From positions 1-62,017 of the forward strand of contig DASZWY010000136.1 in assembly GCA_035546135.1 (NCBI GenBank): 62,017 nucleotides of DNA, in the 5' to 3' direction. Each line of letters begins with the position of its first letter. Position 1 is the first letter of the stretch. The notes beneath the pieces are model-generated. The model was not told the DNA's origin, made no database searches, and saw only the letters and a program-made list of their open reading frames with translations. Shown one piece after another: positions 55,790 to 62,017 of the stretch. The position numbers and the translations under genes were made by a program. Source of the DNA: Opitutales bacterium. Lineage in GTDB: Bacteria > Verrucomicrobiota > Verrucomicrobiia > Opitutales > JABDGR01.

Positions 55790-56839
55790 TCAATCAATCA
55801 CGCGGGCGACTTGCCCGCGGACATAGGCCGCCAGTTCCAGCAGCCGCGCCGTCGCGGGCAAACCGTCCCATTGCGCCAGCGCGTCCTCGCCCTTGCGCAA
55901 TTCGGTCTCGAAGCGCTCACGCACGGAAGTCAGGACGCCATGCTGCTTCATGCGCTGGGCCAGGTCCTTGACATTGGCCATGCCGGCCAGCACGTCGCGG
56001 CGCAGTTCGGCGGCCTCAGTCTCCGGCAGGCGCTCGATAAGGCAGAGCAGCGGCAGCGTGAACTTTCCGCTGGCCAAATCCGTGCCGAGGGTCTTGCCGA
56101 TTTTGCCTTCGTCGCCGCAAAAATCCGCGATGTCGTCAAAAAGCTGGTAGGCGATGCCCAATTGCAGGCCGAAGCGGCTGGCGGCCTCCAGGTATTCGTC
56201 CGGATGCCCGGCCACGCGCGCGCCGAGCAGGCACGACACGCCGAACAACTCCCCGGTCTTCATCGCGATGACTTCGAAGTACTCGTTCACCGAAAAGCGC
56301 GGGTTGCCGCGTTCGAGGGTTTGGTGAATTTCGCCCGCGCACACCCGCTGGGTGGCCCGCGCCATCGCCCGGCATACTTCGGTGGAAAGAAAGTCCGCGG
56401 CAATTTTCAGCGCCTGGGCCAGGAGGGCATCGCCCAGCAGCACGGCCACCGGCGCGCCGTATTTGCGCCCGACGGTCGGCACCTGGTGCCGCAGCGCCGC
56501 GCCGTCGAGCACGTCGTCGTGCACCAGCGTGGCGAGGTGGATGAGTTCCACAACCGCCGCCGCGCGCACATGGTCCGGCAGCACGCGTCCGTCCGTCCAC
56601 CCGCTGCAAAAGACCAGGGTGGGGCGGATGCGCTTGCCGTGGCCGTCGAGGGTGTAGCGCGCCAGTTCGCGCAGGGGAGGCTCAAAGGTCTCGATCTCCG
56701 CGGTGAAGAACCGCTCCAATTCTGCCAAATGCGGCTGGATTTCCGACGGCAGCCCCGGCGGTTTGGCCGAGGTGGCGGGCTGTCGGCGTGCGATGGGTGC
56801 CAGCATGGGCGTAAGGTTTCGGGAGATTTGGTTGGACAA
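55790..56839 (-). CDS. polyprenyl diphosphate synthase (IspB-like)
   Basis: First Asp-rich motif LATLVHDDVLDG. Second motif YQLFDDIADF. Confidence 0.85.
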   Translation of the reverse strand: MSNQISRNLTPMLAPIARRQPATSAKPPGLPSEIQPHLAELERFFTAEIETFEPPLRELARYTLDGHGKRIRPTLVFCSGWTDGRVLPDHVRAAAVVELIHLATLVHDDVLDGAALRHQVPTVGRKYGAPVAVLLGDALLAQALKIAADFLSTEVCRAMARATQRVCAGEIHQTLERGNPRFSVNEYFEVIAMKTGELFGVSCLLGARVAGHPDEYLEAASRFGLQLGIAYQLFDDIADFCGDEGKIGKTLGTDLASGKFTLPLLCLIERLPETEAAELRRDVLAGMANVKDLAQRMKQHGVLTSVRERFETELRKGEDALAQWDGLPATARLLELAAYVRGQVARVID

Positions 56840-56931
56840 CCCTCCGCCGGGCGGGCAAACCGCCGAAGGAGCAATGGATTGGCCGTTCGCCCGGCATTAG
56901 CCGGGTGCAGCAGCCAATCTAACCCAGGCCC

Positions 56932-57564
56932 ATGAGTCAAGCGAGTCAAGACAGCCCCCTTTTGCTGGCCGCCTTTGCCGGGGCCGCGGGCTACGTCTTT
57001 TCCGTCTGGCTGGGCGACCTGCGGCATGGCCGCACCGGGCCGGGGTCATTCCCGGGGGCGACCTACTGCTCGAAGGCCGCCGTGCTTGCGGCCATCACCG
57101 GGGCGCTCGTGCTGCTCGGGCTTGAAACCGGCGGCGAATACGCCCTGGGTGTTTCGGCCCAGCAAAGCGACATCACCGCGCTCTACCTCGTCGCCATGGT
57201 CGGCGCCGCGTTTGGCGAGGAATTGATTTTTCGCGGTTACCTCGTCGTCACTCACCATGGCCGGGCAATGCTGCTGGCGGGCATTCTCGGCTTTTCCGCG
57301 CTCTTTGCGCTGCTGCATCCGTTTTTGTGGGACTGGAAAAGCCCCGCCACGGGCCAACCCGCGCAACTGGTTTTCGATTTTTCCCTCAAGGCCTGGTGGA
57401 GCACCGCGATGGTCGCGCTCTTTTCCCTGTGGCTCTATGCGATGCGCTTTTCAAAACTAAACCCGTCGCGCTCGTTGATTCCGTGTTTTTCCGCGCATCT
57501 CGCCAAGAACCTCGGCGTCTTCGCCATCAAACTCATCCAAGGCCACGTCACGTCATGGTGGTGA
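56932..57564 (+). CDS. CPBP family intramembrane metalloprotease
   Basis: Motifs EELIFRGYL, FALLHP and HLAKN in a multi-TM protein. Confidence 0.7.
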   Translation: MSQASQDSPLLLAAFAGAAGYVFSVWLGDLRHGRTGPGSFPGATYCSKAAVLAAITGALVLLGLETGGEYALGVSAQQSDITALYLVAMVGAAFGEELIFRGYLVVTHHGRAMLLAGILGFSALFALLHPFLWDWKSPATGQPAQLVFDFSLKAWWSTAMVALFSLWLYAMRFSKLNPSRSLIPCFSAHLAKNLGVFAIKLIQGHVTSWW

Positions 57565-57572
57565 AGGCTATT

Positions 57573-58745
57573 TCAGCCGAGGCACCGCACTGCCAGTTCG
57601 CGCATGATGGACTCTTCCTCCGCGGCGCCGCGCTTGAGCAAATCCTCGAACGCGCCGACGAACGCCGTCTGAAAATCAATCAGCTTCTTTAACGGCAGTC
57701 CCTTTGCCTTTTCGCCGAGTTTGCCGAGATACCACACGTTTTGGGTGAAAACATTGAAGGTGGACTTGTCCTCCAGCCCGCCGAAATGCCGCGCATACGC
57801 CCGGCGCGCGGATTCGAACGAGCCTTTGTCAATGCCGCCGTAGCCGAAGCGCAGTTCGCCGGCGTCCAGCAGCACCCGCAATTGAATCATCAGCCGGTTG
57901 CGTCCTTGCAGACTCGACAGCAGTGGCCGCGCCGAATGGCCGGCAAAGAAATACCGCTTTTGCGCTTCGAGCGTCCAGGTCAGGTCGAGGGAAAAGAAGG
58001 CCTGCGCTGGTTCAAAGAAATCGCCCTCGCCAAAGTCCGGCACCAAGTCGCGCACCAGCGTTTCGGTGATGGTTCCGCCCTTGGCTCCGAGATACGTCGC
58101 CAGCTTGCGGGTCTCCTCCAGCGCAAGGCGCGTGTGCCCGTTGACTTTCGCGGTCAGAAACTCCAGCGCCCCGGGCGCGAACGCCACGCCCATTTCCTTT
58201 GCCGCCTGCTGGGCCAGCCCGGCCAAGGCCTCGCCGGCCCCTTCGCCGCCGAGAAATTCAAATTCACCCGCTTTTTGCAGCCATTTGAACTCGCTGCGCC
58301 GCCGATCCACCGGGCAGGCCGTGATGAGCACCGCGACAGCGGCGGGGTCCACGGTTTCGAGCAGCGCCTGCAAGTCCGCCACCAGCGTTTTGGCGCCCTC
58401 GCTGCGCCCGGTCACGGTGTCGGCGAGAAAATTGACATCTTTGAGCCACACCGCCTTGCGGTCACCGAAGAGCGACAGGGTCTGCACGGCGGCGCGGAAA
58501 CGCCCGACCACCGCCTCCAGCTCGTCGAGGTTCTGCGCCGTGCCTTCGATAATTTCGCGGGAAAATTCGTCCGTAAGCCCGGCGGACATTTCCGTGAAAA
58601 GTTCCCGGCCGCGGCGCGAGACGAGAAAATCATCGTCGCCGCAGATAAACGTGAAAGCTTTGGTGGCGGCGGAGGGCACGGATGGCGGTCGTAATGGGCC
58701 GGTTGCGGGTAACGTGCCGATTTTTTTCCAAGTTGCAACCCGCAA
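57573..58745 (-). CDS. holA: DNA polymerase III delta subunit-like
   Basis: FICGDDDFLVSRRGRELF, SLFGDRKAVWLKD and the overall helical C-terminus resemble HolA. The start is uncertain. Confidence 0.55.
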   Translation of the reverse strand: MRVATWKKIGTLPATGPLRPPSVPSAATKAFTFICGDDDFLVSRRGRELFTEMSAGLTDEFSREIIEGTAQNLDELEAVVGRFRAAVQTLSLFGDRKAVWLKDVNFLADTVTGRSEGAKTLVADLQALLETVDPAAVAVLITACPVDRRRSEFKWLQKAGEFEFLGGEGAGEALAGLAQQAAKEMGVAFAPGALEFLTAKVNGHTRLALEETRKLATYLGAKGGTITETLVRDLVPDFGEGDFFEPAQAFFSLDLTWTLEAQKRYFFAGHSARPLLSSLQGRNRLMIQLRVLLDAGELRFGYGGIDKGSFESARRAYARHFGGLEDKSTFNVFTQNVWYLGKLGEKAKGLPLKKLIDFQTAFVGAFEDLLKRGAAEEESIMRELAVRCLG

Positions 58746-58748
58746 CCT

Positions 58749-60494
58749 TTATCTTCCACGCGCGCCGCGCTTGCCGGCCTCCGCCAGCGTCAGCAGCAAG
58801 TCATTGCGCGAGAGCGTGCCCACGAGCCTGTCCGTGCCGCTTTCGACGATGGGCAGTTCCTGTTCGTGCTCGTGGGTGAATTTGACCAGCGCCTCCGGGA
58901 GGGGCGTGCGGGGGTCGAGGGCCGGCGAATTTTCCCGCGCGATGTCGCCGGCGATGAATGCCGCGGCCAGGCCGACGCTGTGCAAATGCTCGGTCATATC
59001 TTCGAGGCAGACCACCCCGAGCAGTTTCCCGCCCTTGCCCACGAGGTATTGCCGGTCCAGGCCGCCGGCCACAAATTTCCGCGCCACTTCGCCAAAACTC
59101 GCCTCCGGGCGGACGGTGTGCGGCTGCTTCTGCATGATGTCGGCGACGGTGAGGGTTTCGAGCGGGCGGCTGAACAAATCATAGGCGTCCGGCGCGGCAT
59201 GGTAAAGCGAATGCATCTTCAGGCTGCGGAAGGTGTAGTAGCCGATAACGCTCGCGAGCATCAGCGGGATCATAATCTCGTAGCTGAGGGTCATCTCGAA
59301 AATCATCAAAATGGACATGAACGGCGCCTGCGTCGCCGCCGCCAGCACCGCGCCCATGCCGATGGTCGCAAAGCCGGCCTGGTCAAGCCGCAAATCGGGA
59401 AACAGCGCCGCAAACCCCTGCCAACACAGGAACCCCGTGCAACTGCCGACCACGAGCGTCGGCGTAAACACGCCGCCCACGGCACCCGAGCCAAACGATG
59501 CCGAGGTCGCCAGCATTTTCGCCACGAGCGTCACAATCACGACCTGCCAGACCCATTTCTCCTGGACCAGCGATTTGACGACCTCATAGCCGTTGCCCGT
59601 CACGTCCGGATGCGCCATCGCGATAATGCCCACGGCCAGCCCGCCCAGCGCCATGCGCAACGGCAGCGGCCCCGGCACGCCCTGAAACCACTTCTTGAGG
59701 TAATTGAGCATCGTCAGGAACAGCCCCGCCATCAGCCCGCAGGCCACGCCCAGCACGCCGAAGCACAGCAGCTCCCCGGGCCGCGGCATCGCGAAACTGC
59801 CCAGGCGATAAAGCGGGCCGGCGTCGGAAAAGATGTGCACGGTCACAATGCTCGTCACCGAGGCAAAGATGAGCGGCCCGAGGCTTTCCATGGTCAGCGA
59901 GCCCACCGTGATTTCCGAAACGAACAGTGCCCCGGCAATCGGCGCGTTATACGCCGCCGCAATGCCCGCCGCCGCGCCGCTGGCGACAATCAGCCGCCGG
60001 CGGGCGGGCGGAAAATTTCGCCACTCGCCCATGATTGAACCGCCCAGCGCCGCCAGTTGCACCATCGGGCCCTCGCGCCCGATGGACGCGCCCGTGGCGA
60101 TGGAGAACAACGCTGCCAGCGAACGGTACAGGCTCGATTTTATCGGCAGCTTCCCATCGCCCAGCATGATGGCTTCCATGTAGTCCGCGTTTTTTTGCCG
60201 GAAAAATTTGTGCCCGTACAGCAGCACCAGCCCCGCCACCAGGCCGCCCAGCGTCGGCACCACCAGCTTGGCCCAGTCCGGCAGGGTGGCAAAGGCGCGG
60301 ACGCCGCTCTCGTGGCCCTGCGTCAACCATTGCTGCAGCGTGATGGTCGCCCCGCGAAACAACAGGCCGAGCACCGCGCCCGTCCCACCCACCGCCGCCG
60401 CCATCACCAGGTTCCACTGCGCCTCCGTTGGCTGCATCTGGCGGCGCAGCCACAGCCACGCGCGCAACAGGATGAGCAGGTTTTTGTCTTTCAT
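58749..60494 (-). CDS. ClC family chloride channel/transporter with C-terminal CBS pair
   Basis: Selectivity motifs GREGPMVQL and GAVGGVFTPTL. The C-terminal ~140 aa are CBS-like. Confidence 0.85.
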   Translation of the reverse strand: MKDKNLLILLRAWLWLRRQMQPTEAQWNLVMAAAVGGTGAVLGLLFRGATITLQQWLTQGHESGVRAFATLPDWAKLVVPTLGGLVAGLVLLYGHKFFRQKNADYMEAIMLGDGKLPIKSSLYRSLAALFSIATGASIGREGPMVQLAALGGSIMGEWRNFPPARRRLIVASGAAAGIAAAYNAPIAGALFVSEITVGSLTMESLGPLIFASVTSIVTVHIFSDAGPLYRLGSFAMPRPGELLCFGVLGVACGLMAGLFLTMLNYLKKWFQGVPGPLPLRMALGGLAVGIIAMAHPDVTGNGYEVVKSLVQEKWVWQVVIVTLVAKMLATSASFGSGAVGGVFTPTLVVGSCTGFLCWQGFAALFPDLRLDQAGFATIGMGAVLAAATQAPFMSILMIFEMTLSYEIMIPLMLASVIGYYTFRSLKMHSLYHAAPDAYDLFSRPLETLTVADIMQKQPHTVRPEASFGEVARKFVAGGLDRQYLVGKGGKLLGVVCLEDMTEHLHSVGLAAAFIAGDIARENSPALDPRTPLPEALVKFTHEHEQELPIVESGTDRLVGTLSRNDLLLTLAEAGKRGARGR

Positions 60495-60961
60495 GACGAG
60501 GCCGGCAAGCTGGCGGAAAGTTCGCCGTCCAGTTCCAGCAGCTTGAGGAACTTGTCCGGTTCCGTGGCGGACATCAACTCCGCTCGCACCAATGGCAACC
60601 GGAGCCGGCGCAACAGCAGTTTGCTGAATTGCAAATACGCGCTGATGTCCGCCCGCGGACAGCCCACCATCACGATGAGATGCGCCAGGTCGCGCTTTGG
60701 GCCAAAGGGCACGCCGGCGGGGCTGCGGCCGACCGCCACCACGCGCGATTTCACGGCGTCCGTGCGCGCATGGGGCAGCGCCACGCCTTCGCCGACATAC
60801 GTCGTCAAAATATTTTCGCGCATTTGAATGTCCACGACGAGCCGTGCGGGGTCAATCACCCCCGGCTCACCGGCTAGACCGCGCGCCAGCAGCTCGATGG
60901 CCTCCACCGCATCGGCCGCTGCCAGGTCAAGATTCACAAAGACCCCCATTCCGATAGACAT
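60491..60961 (-). CDS. PTS EIIA type-2 (PtsN/EIIA-Ntr-like) domain protein
   Basis: GEGVALPHARTDAV active-site His region. ATG 60961 is preferred. Its stop overlaps the ClC start codon. Confidence 0.7.
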   Translation of the reverse strand: MSIGMGVFVNLDLAAADAVEAIELLARGLAGEPGVIDPARLVVDIQMRENILTTYVGEGVALPHARTDAVKSRVVAVGRSPAGVPFGPKRDLAHLIVMVGCPRADISAYLQFSKLLLRRLRLPLVRAELMSATEPDKFLKLLELDGELSASLPASS

Positions 60962-61204
60962 AAACCAATTGGCACGGGAGAAAAAGCAAAAACCGTGCGG
61001 AGCCGATTTCACAGCCCGTCCAAATACCCTAAGACGCGGCATCGGGATTCTTCGCCAGCGCCGCCAAATAAGCCGCCATCCACTCGGCACGGTTTCGTTG
61101 CACCAAGCCGTTCAAAAGTACGCGAATCAGCGACTTCGGGTCGGGAAAATCCGTAATGCCGCTGGTGAGCTTCGGGGTACCATGGCTGGGCATCGTGAAT
61201 GGAT

Positions 61205-62017
61205 TCAGGCCGCCTTGGTCGCGGCCGGGATGGGCGCGGCGAGGGCGGGGCGGGGGAATTCTTTTGCCCGATACTGTGCCACGAGGTCCGCCATTTTCTT
61301 CGCGACGTCCGCGTACTTCGGGTCGTGGGCGAGGTTTTTCAACTGGTGTGGATCGTTGACCATGTCGAGGAGCATCGGGCCGCCGAGGTCGTATTCCGCG
61401 TAGCGCCAGTTTTCGACGCGCACGCCGATGCCGGTGAGGGCGTTGCCGTTTTCCTTCCAGACTGTGAAGGCCGGGTAATTCCAGTCCGCCATGGGATTGT
61501 CGAGCAGTTTCGTCATGCTGCGGCCTTCCTGACCCACCGGCGCGGGGAGACTGCACAGTTCGGCGAGGGTCGGGTAAAGGTTAAGGGTCTCGACAATGCG
61601 TTGGCAGACCTGGCCGTTGCCTTTGGCCTGCGGCGCGGCGATGAACATCGGGATGCGCGCGCCTTCCTCCCAGAGCGAACCGGCTTTCGACCACTTGCCT
61701 TTTTCACCGAGCTGGTAACCATGGTCGGCGCTGAAGCAGATGATGGTCTTGTGCCGGAGGTTTAGGCGGTCGAGTTCGGCAATGACGCGGCCAATGTTCC
61801 AGTCCGTCCACGCCACGGAGGCGAGGTAGGCTTGGATGACTTCCTTGGCGGTTTCGGGCGTCGAGTCGCGGCCAATAAACAAGTCCGCATTGCGCGGGCG
61901 CAGGCAGCCTTCAGGAAAGCCCTCGGGCACCGTGCGGCGGGGCGCGTAGTCCACGGGCAACTGGATTTTATCCAGCGGCATCAGGTCAAAGAAACGCTCC
62001 GGCGCGGTGGGCGGGCT
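61205..62017 (-). CDS. sulfatase, C-terminal part (5' end outside window)
   Basis: FSADHGYQLGEKGKWSK is the conserved sulfatase C-terminal motif. The frame stays open to the window end. Confidence 0.8.
   Translation of the reverse strand, partial: SPPTAPERFFDLMPLDKIQLPVDYAPRRTVPEGFPEGCLRPRNADLFIGRDSTPETAKEVIQAYLASVAWTDWNIGRVIAELDRLNLRHKTIICFSADHGYQLGEKGKWSKAGSLWEEGARIPMFIAAPQAKGNGQVCQRIVETLNLYPTLAELCSLPAPVGQEGRSMTKLLDNPMADWNYPAFTVWKENGNALTGIGVRVENWRYAEYDLGGPMLLDMVNDPHQLKNLAHDPKYADVAKKMADLVAQYRAKEFPRPALAAPIPAATKAA

Overview
High-GC bacterial chromosome segment interrupted by a ~43.2-kb integrated tailed-phage genome. The host genes look like a sulfatase-rich, PVC/Verrucomicrobia-like Gram-negative, but that taxonomic call is inference only.

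Left host flank (1-6214): the 3' end of an arabinofuranosidase-like gene, a ytfQRT-yjfF-type sugar ABC transporter operon, a formylglycine-generating enzyme gene and tRNA-Asn(GUU).

Prophage (outer limits 6175-49446): bounded by a perfect 40-bp direct repeat that equals the 5' 40 nt of the tRNA. Almost everything is on the + strand. In order it encodes:
- a tyrosine integrase;
- one divergent repressor-like gene with a palindromic switch region;
- an early/replication module: excisionase-like HTH, a replication-organizer-like gene containing in-phase iterons, an orphan ParB-family protein, an ASCH protein, a primase-helicase and a DnaQ-like exonuclease;
- large terminase and portal;
- a 4.7-kb block of 13 small accessory ORFs;
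- scaffold-like and major-capsid-like genes and two tail-fibre genes;
- three large terminal genes, ending in a 2301-aa polyvalent protein with JAB/RadC-like and HExxH motifs.

I could not recognise an endolysin.

Right host flank (49447-62017): GTP-PEPCK, a Wzz/GumC-like protein, an aldo-keto reductase, a beta-propeller protein, a polyprenyl synthase, a CPBP protease, a holA-like gene, a ClC channel coupled to an EIIA(Ntr)-like gene, and the 3' part of a sulfatase gene.

The most striking unexplained signal is the 14-bp palindrome GTTTGCCGGCAAAC. It occurs 8 times perfectly, plus 5 copies with one or two mismatches, only inside the prophage and mostly inside unrelated coding regions. Its architecture matches ParB/Noc/KorB binding sites, and the element encodes an orphan ParB-family protein.

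All functional calls rest on motif recognition by eye and on gene order. No database search or folding program was available. Many long ORFs in the supplied track are antisense or out-of-frame artefacts of the high GC content and were not annotated.
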